This document shows, one piece after another, positions 1 to 14,578 of a stretch of DNA of 64,000 nt. The first letter of the stretch is position 1, and each line of letters opens with the position of its first letter. Both the position numbers and the translations under genes were made by a program. The notes under the pieces were generated by a model. The model was not told where the DNA came from and ran no database searches. It worked only from the letters and a program-made list of their open reading frames with translations. Source of the DNA: Gnetum montanum (taxonomy: Eukaryota > Plantae > Gnetophyta); NCBI GenBank assembly GCA_015680685.1, contig MNCI01002917.1, forward strand, positions 37,521 to 101,520, given 5' to 3'.

Positions 1-430
1 GACGCACATATGGACTTACAAACAAGGTATTTACCCACGAGTGTGAGGGGTTTAGTTTTCCATTTGTCGAGTTTCTTTTGAATTCGATATATAACTTGCT
101 CCCAAAGGATAGATGTTGAACCTCTAAAATGGAAAGGGATTCCCAGAAGCTTAATGATGTCTTGATCCTAAAGTCGCTTCCAATTATAGTTGGTCACATG
201 TTTGTAATTTCCCTTAAAGCTATAAACAGAGGATTTATTCCAATTAATTATGGAACCTGAGAGTGTGCAATATTGCTCCACCCTTGATAAGAAGCGGTGC
301 AAATTGGTGGCTGTGTTTTGAACTAGAAAAAAGGACTCATTGGCGAAGTGCATACATACCTTTTAAGATAAGGAAGACCATGCTATTACTATTAATTGAT
401 TGGAGGAGATCATGAAGGCCTTTAAGTTGA
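1..430 (-). pseudogene. L1-clade LINE reverse transcriptase C-terminal remnant
   Basis: Minus strand reads HFANESFFLV (FADD-like), LSGSIINWNKSSVY, then KLLGIPFHF...WEQVIYRIQKKLDKWKTKPLTLVGKYLVCKS, matching the plant L1 RT C-terminal pattern YLGLP...WK...LS.AGR..LIKS. Runs off the window start. Confidence 0.8.
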
Positions 431-479
431 TGAAGTAAACTCATGAGTAGTAAAATCAATAAACGACCTACTAGTTTAA

Positions 480-2990
480 AAATTTTGCTAGTTGTTAGTG
501 GGTTTCCAAAGAGAAGGCATATCATTGAAAGAATTATGATGTTTATGGGAGTGAAGTATTATTTATTTTCAATGAGCATTATGTTTCTTCAAAGTATGCG
601 AAGACTAAAGCAAAGGAGTTTTATTGCCTATACCAAGAGGATTAAATTTTTTCTAACTACTATGCTAAGTTTTTGAAGCTTAGCATGTATATATCTCATA
701 TATAATTTAATCAGAAGGATAGAGAAAAGTTTTGCATTCATGATCTTCATGCAACCATTAAGAACCACTTACTTATACTCCATCTTTAGATGTATGAGGA
801 TTCATGTATTTATACAATGAACATAGAGTATAGTTAATTAGTTAAATTAATGCATCAATATTATTTTTAGAAGAGGTGTCAAACCTCTTTAGAAAATTAG
901 ATTGATATATTATGCTTGAGATTTTGGACATAGTAGATAGTTGCAGCAACAACCTTGAGGTGGTAGGATCACATATGAATTTATGACTTTCCATACTTGC
1001 TAGAAATTTGAGCATGTTAGGATGAATTATCTTAACTATTGTAACTATGGCTAGCTAGGTCATAGAGGCTTAAATTTTGTAAAGAATTTGAGTAACTATG
1101 GATCCCATAAGGTGATCAGAATGATGGTAGAACATATACAAGTGCTTATACTTTGATTCATTAACTAGTTGATGCTTCTTCCAAGATAGTGTTTGAAAAT
1201 GAAGATGCAATTTTATATTTTATAGTTTTAATTATTTTTGATCCTAGTACCAATCATTATTTTTTTGATCTGTTGGTGGTTTATCATTTAGATTTAGAGG
1301 ATTAATCCTTCAAGCAAAGTCATATAATTGGTTCTCTTGATGGTAATGTACTTGCTATGAATCAAAGCTATAGGTATGTATCCTTAATGATGCAAGATGT
1401 CTCTTGGCTCAATACTCTTCACATCATGAGTTTAGAAGTAAATGACATTATCTTATGCATGTATTTGTTGTTTCACTATCAAGAAAGCTTAAATTGGTAT
1501 CTTAAGATGCTTTCCTTGTTGACAAATGATGATGCATCTGTGATCATGAGTAGTAGGTGATGCAAGGTTAAGTTAAATATTCTCTCCTCAAGGTTATTTT
1601 AACATTTAAGGTAGAAGCACTATTTGTATTTCATAGTCTTAGTTAGTAAGGCTTCTTCTCTATAAAAGATTGATTAGTTTTTAGTAGTTCATGAGTTTCA
1701 TGATGTCTTCCATTTAAATTTTCCTACATTATCTTTAAAATATAATGTTATGCTTGAAATTACTTGAAACCTAGGGTTGAATCTATCTATAATATTTCAC
1801 ATATGATGCTTCTTGTTAAGTTGGTAAAAGTAAAGCTTAAACTTTAAGAGCTATTGGAACCTAATTCATCTAAGTATGTCTCCTTAGGATGCTCATGTTT
1901 TCTTTGTTAAGAAGAAAGATGGTAGCTTAAGGTTATGCATTGATCTTTAATAGTTTAACTAGATGACAATGAAAAATATAATTTGTTTCATCAATTCAAA
2001 GAATCTTAAGTATTTGTAAAGAATTTGAGTACTATCAAGTTTGCAACAAGAGGAGGATGTTTCTAAAACAATCTTTAAGACTTGATACGAAAATTATATC
2101 TTTATGATTTTTTCATTTGGACTTACTAATGCTCCTACTATATTTTTATATCTCAAGCATAGTGTAATGAGGCCTTACTTGGTGTAATTTATCATTATAT
2201 TCATTAATGACATTTTGATATATTCTTACTTAGAGGATCTTCATGAGTAGCATTTGAGAATAGTTTTACAAATACCAAGGGAATACTAGTTAATTACATA
2301 ACCTTCCAAGTGATTACTTTGATATGAGAATATTTAGTTCATCAAACATAATATTTTAGAGTCTAGTATAGTAGTAAGCCTTGCTAAGTTATTAGTTATT
2401 TGAGATGAGGCAATTCCTAAGAACATTGTAGAAGTAAGTAGCTTCCTTAGTTTAATACATTATTATAAGAAGCTTAGTGAGAACATCTTATATATTGCTT
2501 TACCTCTAATGAAGTTGCAATAGAAATATTTTGGATTCTTATGAAACTTATAATGTCAACCTACATTTAATAATCTTAAAAGTAGATTGAATTTAACTCT
2601 TGTATTGATTTTGTCTACAGTAGGTGAACCGTATGATGTTTGTACTGATGCATGAGATGATGGTTATGGGTGTATCTTTATGCAAGAGGGTAAAGCGATG
2701 GCATATGTTTGAAGGTAATTTAAGCTTCATAAGACACATTATCCCACTCATGATCTTAAGTAAGAAGTAGTAATATTTACCATAATAGTTTGGTGCCATT
2801 ATTCGTACGGTGGTTAGTTGATGATCTAGACTAAGCTCAAGGAAATATAATGCTTGATGAATCAACCATAGCTGAACCTACATTAGACAATGTAGATTGA
2901 TTTTTCACCTAATTTTGTTTTTATCATCTAGCATTCAATATGCACAACTAATGTGGTTGCAGATGTATTGAGTTCAGTAATAGTAAGCTT
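480..2990 (+). mobile_element. Degenerate, truncated Ty3/gypsy chromovirus (Tekay/Del-like): gag, protease, RT, RNase H; no integrase
   Basis: gag-like IFNEHYVSSKYAKTKAKEF (~565-625); NDIILCMYLL (DVILGMDWL-like, ~1441); VFFVKKKDGSLRLCID (~1896-1945); FINDILIYS (~2200); VCTDA*DDGYGCIFMQEGK...KTHYPTHDL (~2638-2760); NVVADVLS (~2950). Many stops and frameshifts. Confidence 0.85.
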
Positions 2991-3064
2991 TATAGCTTTG
3001 TGATTTAGTCATACAAATTAGATGATAGTTACGTAGAGCAATATATATATATTAGTATGCATAG

Positions 3065-3445
3065 CTTACACAAAAAAAATGTCATTAATTGTGATGTTTC
3101 TGAAAATACCACTATTGATTAAAAAACATCATAAAAATCTTATAGTGGAAATTTCATGAGATGCCATAGTCACTAGTGTCTATAATGCTCAAGATGCTTT
3201 TAGACAATTCACTTCAAAAAAAGGAAAGTAGACCTTAGAGGTATTTTTCTCAAGTGCCAAAAATGTTGTAAGAGCTATGTTTTTATAAAATGCTACATAT
3301 TCTTCAATAGTAACATTTTTCGAAATGTTACTATTGAATCATTAGTGACATTTTCAAAAAATTAACACATATGCTTCAATAGTTGAATTTTTTTTAAAAA
3401 AATTACTAATTGTCTACTTTTTAAAAAAATAATTTCTTGATGTAG
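3065..3445. mobile_element. Possible CACTA (En/Spm) terminal/sub-terminal remnant
   Basis: CACTA-TIR-like words cacaaaaaaaatg (~3069) and cacttcaaaaaaagg (~3210); recurring sub-terminal-type motif aaatgt(c/t)actattga / aatagt(a/g)acattt in both orientations; tttcttgatgtag near 3433. Confidence 0.4.
3303..3338. repeat. Perfect 16-bp inverted repeat with 4-nt loop
   Basis: ttcaatagtaacattt-ttcg-aaatgttactattgaa. Confidence 0.9.
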
Positions 3446-4839
3446 GATTAACTTAAAACCTATAACAATATCAAAATTGCTAATGAGTTCAAAGTAAGAA
3501 ATAAAAGATATTTTAAGTAACTTAAATAATAATAGCATAATTAAGAAAATTAAGGTAATAACTCAAGGAGGAAATTCAGTATCTAATTAGTTAAAACCAA
3601 CAAGTAAAGTGAAGCAGCTTGAGCCTGATCAAATGTCCATGTTAACTTCAGTAACCAAATAGTATTCAAAGTGAGTTAGTACATAACAGGTAATTAGAGT
3701 TCCTTTCTCTAAAAATTCTACCCTAAATTCAAGAGTTTATTCATCCTCAACTAATCTAATGATAGTTTGAAAATATAATTCTAGAATAGTTGGAACTAGT
3801 AAATACATTNTAGAAATTATATCCATGTCTATGTTTGGAATTATTGTTTGTATCTACTATTAGTAATGATATAGCTAAAACCAATATATCATCATTATTT
3901 ATTTAAAAATTTAAAAACATGAAAGTAGAAATAAAAATAATGAAAATAAAGATAGAATATTTGAATGTTTATGATGATCATATTATCATATAAAATCATC
4001 TATTGGTATCTAAAGCTAAACATGCTAAGTTTTGGTTGTTCTGATCCTAGGTTTACAAGTAATCTAGACAATAGAAATGTAGATAATAAGATTTTACTGC
4101 TTATATCTTTGATAGTATCAAGAAGGCTATAGTATTTGTGAATTTAAGTTCAAATCCTTGGATGAAGAAAGACATTTATAATAGCCTATTTTTATATCAA
4201 TAACATGACTAATAATAGTAACCTATGAATTTCAATTATCCAAAAACTATAGAATAACCTTGTTAATAATAACATGATGGTAAATTGGTTTTATAAATAA
4301 AGTTACCTATCCTTATAAAAAGTTGTAGCAAAGAAGAAAAAATACTATTATAAAATTAAAATTATGAAGTCCCATCTTTGTCAAACTATTTATAGTTTCA
4401 ATAGCCTATGTAACTTATAACACAAACTGGCTAATTTAATAAGATAAGTTAAGTAATAGGAGATATCTTACAAGTCATATAATGATGATTCTATTTCTAT
4501 TATCATTAGTGGGTTGGAGACAGTAACAAGAGGGTTGTAATTTTTTGGGCTATAGTATCACTAACATTACTTATTTTCTATATGGATTTGAATTAGTAAC
4601 TAACAAGCCATAAAATTAAGAAAGGTATTCAATTAATGTTATGATAAAGAAAAAAATTATCAATAAGAAGCTACTACATATTCCTTTTCTTCTATACTAG
4701 TTAACAAGAAAAAGTTCTTGCATTTAAAGTTTTTATATCATATAAAACCTTTACTATAAAATAAATCTATTTAATCTATGATAAATCCATTTTTTTGATC
4801 AAATGCAATATCATATCAACAATATTGTAGCTCATGCTA

Positions 4840-5960
4840 TGTTATCATTGATTTGGTGTTTTGAGATCTTTGCAACCCTATAAATATTGACACTTGGGTG
4901 CACAAGCAACAATAATTTTCTCCAACCCTTACCCAAACTCTTGCAATTTCATTTCGTAGTTTTAGTAATAGTGTGAATGCTTGTAGTGTGGTGCTAAGCA
5001 GTTGACTAGAGTCTTTATTCCAATAAATTTTACTTTAGCATAGTTTATGATTGATAATAAAGATTGAAACTATTTTACATCATTGTAGCATTTCTTTTGT
5101 TCTTTTATTCTATTGTTTACTTAGCATAATTTTCTTGTTTTCTTAGCTTAATTATTTACATTCCAAAGTACTTTACTTTTATGCTCATTAGTTAAGCAAA
5201 ATGGGTATGATTGGTTTCAAGCATTTAAGTGTAATTGTTTGGTAAATTAGTAGTGATCTTGCTTGATTTTCCCAGTAGTGATTCCACTTGGTAATCCTAG
5301 TGGCAATTACATAAGCCCAAGATGTGGCTAGTATACTAGGACCGGATACTCATTGCTCTAGAATAGAATAGTTTTACATTTCAATGTTACTTAGATTTAG
5401 ACTTTAATTCCATTTTTAATAATGTTTTCCACTAGGAGTTATTTAAGCCTTACAACATCATGTATCATACATCTCACTGTGAGTTAAACCATACATTTAA
5501 GTTTCACTAACTCAAAGTGAGAAGATAATGATTGTGAATTTAGCATCAACTCCTAGCATAATTACATTGTCTATCCATAGATTATGATTTGGTCATGTGT
5601 TAACACTTATGACTTGTATGGTAGAGTGTTGGGATACACCACTGCTCATCATTTGCACCTTTGCTAGTGATGTATCAATGTGTACTAAGTAGTTATTCTT
5701 ATAAAGTTCATTGTATTAAGAACCAAAAATTTTATCCTTTACACTTTTAATGAATTTTAATAACATACACATAACTAAAGCATCAAACACACAATACAGC
5801 TTCAACACTTAAGAGAAGTTATCATTTGTCAAAGAGCCACAAAATAGTAATGATAGGAGACACAATGATGAAGATTGGATTGTGCCTATAAAAATAAGGA
5901 TTTTATAGATACTATTCCTTATTATCCTAATTTCACATTAATATTTTATCAAGATGAACA
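4840..5960 (+). repeat. Putative 5' LTR/leader of the Athila-like element
   Basis: Non-coding, TATA-like cctataaata at ~4877, directly upstream of gag. No second copy or clear PBS found. Confidence 0.35.
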
Positions 5961-6039
5961 GTTAAGGTGGAGAGACTTTCAGGGCAACATTGTTTTGCCT
6001 CTAGAATGTTCAACATGATTCATGCTTTAGGTAGCCTTA

Positions 6040-8760
6040 ATGAGGATGAACTTGGGTCATGCACAAAAAGGATATCATGTGACCAAATACATGACTAGGC
6101 TATATCAATCCACAAAGGCACAAGTACAAAGATATGCTACTATGAAGAAAAGGCATGAAAATAGCAAAGGAAAGAAAGTTAATCACAATGTTGTCCTAAA
6201 GGAAATTAATGATGATGCATTCTTAATAGAGAATATCCACCAAAATCATGAAGCCCACTCAAAAACACCTATTATTCATCTAGAAGAACCTATTAAGGTA
6301 CAATTACATTCAGCTCTTATAGAGACACCAAGAAGAGAGGAAGAAGACTCTAAACATAGGTGAAGCTTAAGGTCTAGAGGTTCTACATAACCACAAAAGG
6401 ATGAATTATAGAGTCAAAGAAGGAGAAACAATAAACATTGTTCTCCAACTGCTTCCTCTTCCTCCTCATAGTTGTTAGTAGACTCTAATAGAAGGGAATG
6501 AATACTTAGAGATTATGATAGGAAAATGTGTAGGGATCATGATAGGCATGAATATCACCTAAGGTATCTTGATGAAGAAGAGGATGATTATGAATCAAGA
6601 AGAGATAGGATTAGGTGTGAAGAAAGAGAACATTATGAATACCAAAGGGGATACCACTACAATAGAGCTTATGAATCCAATGATCACATGAAGAGCCCCT
6701 ATTGGCCCCTTGTAGTATGATCAATATCGAGGAAGTAGTATACATTCCAACTAAGCACATAAGGGATAGTCGCATCAAGTGACCAGACATGAACAATATT
6801 CCTAAATTTGGAGGTGGATACAATGTAGATCCAAAATATTAACTTCAAGCATTCCATGATTCTTGTGTCCTTCAAAATATTGAAAGTGATTAACAGAAGC
6901 TAAAGTGATTTCCTAGAACACTTATCAATGAGGTAGAGAGCTAGTATAGATCATTAGAACTAGAATTGATTAGAAGATGAAATACCATGCTTAAGCTCTT
7001 TAATGATAAATATCAAATTACTCAAGACTTTCCAATGTCAAAAATCAAATCCAATGATGGAAGAAAGGGATACATGAATCCCTTGATGTAGCAATGGAAA
7101 AATATTATTCTCTTTTGTATAGATGCCAAGGCCATGGATTCTCACAAAGGAAATAACTCAAACATATTTTTGATAGATTAAGAAACAAAAACAAAGTGAT
7201 CCTTAGGGCTTACACCCAAGGAGATTATTAGATATGAACATCCATCAAATCCAAATGTTAATAGACCAAGTGGCAAAAGAGGAAGAAGAGTTGAAGAAGA
7301 GAGAATTAGCTGAAGAATATAACTGAGACTCATCAATAAGAAAACGAGATGTTCAAATGCGTGATAAACAAGAAGATGAAACCTTGGAGGATGTCATCCA
7401 AAACAAGACTCTACCAATTCAAAAATCAATAAATGACAAAGCAACAAATTTAGAGAAGATGTGAGATTTGGTGAATGAAAAGTTTACTACAGCTCTTAAA
7501 ATAGTAGAAGAAAGAACTGAACAAGCATTCAACAAAGGTAAAGAAAAGAAGAAGAAAAGAGATCATGGATGAGAAAGCTATAAATAGAAAGGAAATGTTG
7601 CTACAATTGTGGAATGTATAGAATCTAGTTTAGAAAAAGAGGAAGGATGCAAGGTGTGCCAATATAAACATTCAAAGTGATGTTACCTTGTTATGGTCCA
7701 CTTGCAAGAGTCTAAGAAAATGCACTCAATCCAATATTTGTTAAAATGCAGATGCCAAGATAATTATCTTATCCTCAAGTTAATCTCAGATAACCCTTTT
7801 ATCCAATCTACTATCCAAGTGGACCCTACCCTCAACCATAGGAGCAATACTAGCAACAGTGGCAATAGCCACAAGCATGGATAATTCCAACACCAAGACA
7901 ACAAGATCCATATAGGTAACTAATCTTTATGGATATTGTGTACAACATTCAATCTCTTCAGAGAATGCTTCAGTTCACACTTCTTTTCATTATTATCCAC
8001 CTAAGTATTATAGACCTACCACTCCAAGGATGAATCCTAATCTCTCTGCACATCAACTAGTAGCTAGTCCATCAAACCAACCTTTCAATTCTGTATTGCT
8101 AGTGCCACCTTTAATCATGCAAAGGAAGTTGGCATCACAACAATAATATAAGAACACAACAAGGATAGTAAACATATAGGAGGAGGTAATAATAAATGAA
8201 TCTTGATCTAGGAAATATTCATTTTTCTAAACAAGTTTAGAAAATGTTCAAAGGATGGGGACTTCATCTATATTAATCCCATCTACACATACTCCTCCAA
8301 GGAATAGTAGGCTTCCATCTTCTTCCAATCCAAATTTGATTACTATCATGCTAACCTAAGTCATTACATACTAGATAAAGGAAGTAGCACTTTCCCATAA
8401 GAGAATAGATCCAAGAAGTCCCTTGATATATCTCCAAATAGTAGATTACAAGCTATGCAAGGCTTTAATGAATTCTGGTTTAGGATTGAACTTAATTTTA
8501 TAAGATATGTATAAAGCCTAGAACCTTCAATCACTAAGGAAAAGTAATACCTAATTAAAGCTTTTGGATTAGTCAATCAATGTCCCACTAGGATAAGTGG
8601 ATGATGTCATCACCACCATCAATGGCTAGTCCTATCCTACTAAGTTCTTAGTAATCCATTTGGGAAAAAACAAGGGAGAATTTCCTATAATAATGGGAAG
8701 GGAATGGCTTAGCACTGTGGATGCTAAGCTTGGATATAGAAATTTGTCCTTCAAGATTTC
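6040..8760 (+). pseudogene. gag: Athila-like gag and aspartic protease (decayed)
   Basis: R/D/E-rich N-terminus; IPKFGGGYNVDP...FPRTL...LFNDKY (retrotransposon gag, ~6798-7015); Pro-rich linker; FPIIMGREWL (ILGRPWL-like) at ~8681-8710. Confidence 0.7.
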
Positions 8761-9399
8761 CAAGGAAGATGAAGTAGGAATTATACAAAGATACTAAGTT
8801 TCATGCATTGCATACAATAATAATAGGCGCAACTACGTGTAGAGAATTTGGGCTATTAAACAAGGAAAGAGCACAATGTGTAATCAGTATCTAGAAGACA
8901 TGTGTGTGTAGTAGTGTCTATATGCAACAGACACTAAAGAAGAAGGCACCTAGTTGCTAATTACTAATAAAGAGATAGAATCTAAAATATACATTAAACC
9001 AACCAATCAAATCATAAGTGACTATGTTAAGGAAATAGATAAGTTGGAAGGGCATGGCTTAGTAGTGTGAATGCTAAGCTTGGAATTAGAGATTTGTCTT
9101 TTGAGATTTCCAAGGAAGATGAATCTAGCATTATACAAAGATACTGAGTTCCATGCATCGCATACAACACTAATAGGTGCAACTACATGTAAAGAATTTG
9201 GGCTATTAAACAAGCAAAGAGCACAACATGTAATTAGTATCTAGAAGAAATGTGTGTGTAGTAGTGTATATATGCAACACCTACTAAAGAAGAAGGCACC
9301 CAGTGGCTTATTACTGATAAAGAGATAGAATCTAATATATACATTGAACCAACCAACTAGATCATGAGTGCCTATGTTAAGGAAATAGATAAGTTGGAA
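8696..9399 (+). repeat. 350-bp tandem duplication within the PR-RT linker
   Basis: 8696-9045 repeats as 9046-9395 at a constant offset of 350; ggaa sits at 8696, 9046 and 9396. Confidence 0.95.
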
Positions 9400-9559
9400 T
9401 AGTTATGAAAGAAACACCCCTATACACACTCATACCAAGAAGAAGATATTGAATGGGAACTTAGAGATTGCAAACAAATTCAAGCCTAAACTATTAGATC
9501 TAAAAGCCATACTAGATGTGCTAGAATATAATTTCCAAATAACAAAAAATTAATAAACA

Positions 9560-12310
9560 TCAATGGCAACCTTGATAAGGATAATAAGAAGAGATTATTT
9601 GAAGTAGTCAATAAATGGTCAACAACATTCACATGGTCTTATGATGAGATAACTAACATTGATCCACAAAAATGTCAACACCAGATATATATATATATAT
9701 CTAACTATTAAACCACATCACTAGCCTCACACAAAGTTGAATCCTAAGCTCAAGAAAGTAGTAAAATAGGAATTGGAAAAATTATTAAAAGTAGGATTCA
9801 TCTACCCCATTATGAACAGTGAATGCATTAGCCCTTTGGTCATTGTTCCAAAGAAGGATGGAAAGTGGAGAGTATGTATCAAGTTCTGATTTTTCAACTT
9901 CATGACATTCAAGGACCATTTCCCTCTACTGTTTGACCAGGTCCTTGATACCATAGTAGGACATCAATACTATAGCTTTATTGATGAGTACAATGGATAT
10001 AACTAGATTCACATTGCATTGAAAGACCCAGAAAAAACTATGTTTACTAGTCCATGGAGAATATTTTCTTACAAGAAAATGCCTTTTAGCTTGTGTAACA
10101 TACCTACTACTTTTTAAAGATTAGTATTGAGTATCTTCTAGAAGTAAATTGGTAATGGTGTAGAAGTATTTATGAATGATTTCTCTACTTATGGACTATA
10201 TTTCAAGCAAGCATTAGACTATTTCGAGTAGGCATTGAAAAGATGCATTGGAATCAATTTGAAGCTCAATTAGTAGAAAAGCCATTTAATGGTCCAAGAT
10301 GGAATCATTTTAGCACATAAGGTACCACCGAAAGGAATAGAAGTAGACCTAGAAAAGATAAGAGTTATTAAAAACATCACCCAAAGGCCACAAACTACGA
10401 AGGAGATCAGATCATTTCTAGGTCATACAAGGTATTATTGAAGCTTCATAGAAAATTTTTCCAATATAACCATTGGTAGAATTAACCAAGAAGGATGCAT
10501 CATTGTAGTGGACAAAGCAATGTAAGAAGGCATTTAAGATACTAAAATAGAAGTTAATAGAAACACCAATCCCTTGAGCTCTGGATTGTTGTAAGACTTT
10601 CCACATAATAACATATGCTTCCAATTATGTGTAATGTGTAGTGTTAATGTAACTTGATGATCAAAAAAGACCATACTACATACACTATGCTAGTAGAAGC
10701 ATCACCAAAGCATAACTTAATTAGACAACTACTAAAAATAAGCTTATGGCTATGATATACACATTCAAAAAATTCAAACATTATGTGCTCAGGTATCCTA
10801 TCTATGTCCACACATGTCTTAGTGTAATTAGATTTTTGATGAATAAACTAATGGTAAGGCCCAAGGTGATAGGGTGGCTCATAATATTACAAGAATTGGA
10901 CATCACTATGATTGACAATAAGGGAATAGAAAACATCATAGTAGACCGCTTGTTAAGGCTAAGATGGGAATCATAAGAGCAAGACGAACCTTATTAGACT
11001 AGTTTCTTGATGCGAACTTGTTCATGAAAATGACAATGACTATGAACTTGATAAAGAAATTATGGATCATTGATTATATGACTTATATTCTCCACAAGAG
11101 CTCCCTGTCAAGTGAAATAGAAAAGAGAAAGAGTAATTCCTCCATCAAATGAAGAGTTATATGGAAATAAATGGAAATCTCTAAAAGATTTATGCTGATG
11201 AACAAGTGAGATGGTGTGTTTTGGAGGAGAACCAATAAAGAATTCTACAGGTTGCACATGAAGGACCATTTGTTGATCACTATGCATGGTGCAGAATAGA
11301 ACTCAAGCTAATGATGGTAAGCTATTTTTTTCCTACCATATTCTAGGATGCACATAACTTTATGTAGTCTTGTGAGAGATGTTAGTGTGAATGAAGAATA
11401 ATATCTAGAAATGAAGGACCAAAACAATGAATATAGCCATTGGAACCATTTGAAATATGGTGAATTGATTTCATAGGACTCATTACATAGATGTCAATTG
11501 GGAAAGCATACATCATAGTGATGGTTGATTATTGTACTAAATGGGTAGACGTAGCTGCAATCAAAGATTTTATAGCAAAAATACATCCTAAATTATTTTA
11601 ATACCATGTGGTAAATAGATTTGGAGTGTTAAAAATGCTCATATCAAATAATAGGACATACTTCATGAGTGCTACATTCAAAAATATGTTGTAACAACTT
11701 GGGGTGAACCATAAGTAGACTACACCATACCACCCCCAAGAGAATGGTCAAGCATAAGTAACTCACCAAAAAATTACATAAATATTAACTAGAACTATTA
11801 GTCAATTTAGGAAAGATTGAAGCACTAAACTAAATGATGCTTTATGGACCTATAGGACCACATGGAAACCTCCCATAGGATATTCGCCCTATGAGCTAGT
11901 CTATGGAAAATTGCCTATACTACAAGTTCAAGCAAAGCTATAAACATTAGCTACTACTAGTAAAATTGACCTAGACTTGATCCTATCATAGAAGGAATGT
12001 CTTATGAATCTTAAATTGTTAGATGGAAATAGACTTGTAGCCTTGATGAACAACCAAATACAAAAGAAGTACTCTAAATATAGGCATAATGCACGTATCT
12101 GACAAGTATCAATCCAACCAGGTGTTAAAGTTCTATACTATAATCCCAGTCATGTGCTATAGAAGGCTAAGTTCCAAACCTTATGAGAAGGACCTTATAT
12201 CATCCATGTCATGTATCCTTTAGGAGAAATGCAAATTTACCACCCACCTTGCTCACACGAACTTTTTTTTAGTCAATATTCAATAGGTTAAACCATACTG
12301 TGAACATTTT
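9560..12310 (+). pseudogene. pol: Athila-like pol: RT, RNase H, integrase (decayed)
   Basis: FTWSYDE; ISPLVIVPKKDGKWRVCI (~9827); KDHFPL; FMNDF (~10169); FHIITYASNY; KFKHYVL; HEGPFVDH...C..C zinc finger; IDFIGL; TTPYHPQENGQA; WTYRTTWK; GPY motif (~12190). Confidence 0.9.
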
Positions 12311-13906
12311 GATTCCTCTGTGAACTTTACCTAGCTTCCTAAACCATCTTCAACCTATTCAATATTCTAGTTGACTATTTTAAATGATAGTCATGGGGGT
12401 ACAATATATGACCCTTAGGAACCAAACTAAACTTTTTTCTTTTCTTATTACTTTTTCATATTCTTTGATATCTTTTCATTCTTTTATACTTTTTTATTTC
12501 TTGATCATTTGATATTCTTTTATTATCTTGCAAATTCATTCTCTATTTTTCCATTTATTCTATAATTTTCATCATTTTTCATGTACATATTTTTGTTGAT
12601 TTTCCTAATAAAGTGCAAGGAATAAAGCAAGATGTAATTACAATAAGGTGAAGATTGCCCTATATTATCAAACTTTGAAATGATACAGTGAGACCATGTC
12701 ATTTATCCACTCATTTCCAATAATAAGAGGTTATTACCATGGCCATAATGATATTATTTTCATGATAAAATTAAAATATACTTATGATAACTATGCCTAG
12801 ATAGAAGAGTGAAAGAACCAAGTGGGAATAAAAAGGGTGTGACATCAAGGGGACATGTGGATCCTCTAGGACTACTTTTGTGAGTTTTATCTTGTTGTTA
12901 AGGATGTATTATTTATTGGAGCTCTAACAAAAAATGAAAGTAAGAATACAATAAATTTTGCCTTAGCATGTCATTAGAAATACATGTTACCCATGCTTGA
13001 AGGTAGTCCTCTAGTAAGGTTGACAAACTAAAAATAGAATAAAAGCATAGAATAAATTTTTGAGGGTTCCACTAAAAAGACATGTTAGCCATGCTTGAAG
13101 GTAGAAGGCTTCTTGGAAATCTCAAAAATAAAAAATGTGCTATAGACTCCTTCCTTGAACTACATTGCTAAGTGGTAATAGTCCTTGAAATAGTGGTAGT
13201 CTTGTGATTGTTAGTCTTGGGGATGATACAATGCAATGTCATTGTACAGCTATTTGGACATGGTTTGGATCTTGGATAGAAAAGCTAATGATTACTTTAA
13301 CAGCATAACACACACAAGGAATCATTATGCCTATGGTAAGACACCTCACATATCAATTTTTTTAATCCCTTCTAATCCCATTTCATCTCACTAGTATATT
13401 TAATCATAATTCTATGGTTTTGTATAATATATTTTTATTTTCCCAATCTAGAAATATTAACATGTGTGTTTTGCTAGATAAGTATGTTTTACATTCAACT
13501 TCTAGAGTGCCTATAAACACTTTTACATTCACTAAGAGACAAAGCCTACCTTGGAGAGGATCCACATGTATAACTCTTGTACTTTATACCTAATGACCAA
13601 TTCCACATTATCTTATGTTGTCTAGACACTTTAGCACTTAAAGATCACTTCCCACAAACTTTTAGAATTCATCCAGATGTTAAGAATCTTTAATCCATCT
13701 CATATATACCCAATAAACTTTTGTTGCTTGAGATTACTTCCTTATGACTTTGGAACACCAAAGTTTTGTGTTTTGAAATCCAAGCATCATCTATAATTGA
13801 AGATCCTTTAGATAGTCTCTATATCTTCTAAATCATTCAACTATCTCGATTTCACAATGAAAATTCATCCAAAATTCAAAACTTTTTAATGATGATTTCA
13901 TAACTA

Positions 13907-13972
13907 CTATGTTGTATACCCTATGATGTTGCAGCTATGATGTCGCATCTATGATGTTGCGCGTATAAAAAT
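13907..13972 (+). promoter_or_regulatory. 14-bp tandem repeats followed by a TATA-like box (candidate internal promoter of the extra ORF)
   Basis: ctatgatgttgcag ctatgatgtcgcat ctatgatgttgcgc, then gtataaaa. Confidence 0.45.
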
Positions 13973-14578
13973 AATATATATACGTGTGGGAGTAAAAAAA
14001 TTTTCATTCTTCCATTTCATAGTAAGAGGAGTTTTGTAGTTTCTTTTGAGCTCTGGTAACCAAACTTTCCAACACCATAAATTCCTCATTGCAACTCTAA
14101 TTTAAGAAATTATTGAATCTTATTGATCCTAGAGTGTTCAACTTAGTTGAGGGTGGGGGAGGAGGCAAAAGTGGGAGAAGGGGGAGGAGGGATTTATTAT
14201 GCAAAACTAAGGATAATTAAGCCAAAATTTCCTAACCTCCAAAAGATAATATAAAGGGTAAGTATAAGGATACAATAAGAATATTACAGCTAACTAATCA
14301 AATTACAGCCAAAGGACTTAAACTAATTCTCCTAATTAACCATACCAACTAGTTAAAGGCATAAGAAATGAGGAAACAATAACCATGAAAGATCATAATA
14401 ATTAAGGATATAATAATTATAGGTTTATTTTTAAAATTTCTTCAACTTTGGAAGCATGATAAAGATTATAATTGATGAAAAAGAGAAGAACTTGACAAAA
14501 CCAAAAGTACAGGAAAGGATTATGAACCATTAGGAACCAATTTGAATACTTGGTAACATTAAATTCTAATGATTGCAG

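Noticed and set aside
3450-4840. Possible remnant of another TE extra ORF (LLHIPFLLY*L-like stretch near 4670)
   Set aside because: Too decayed to assign with any confidence.
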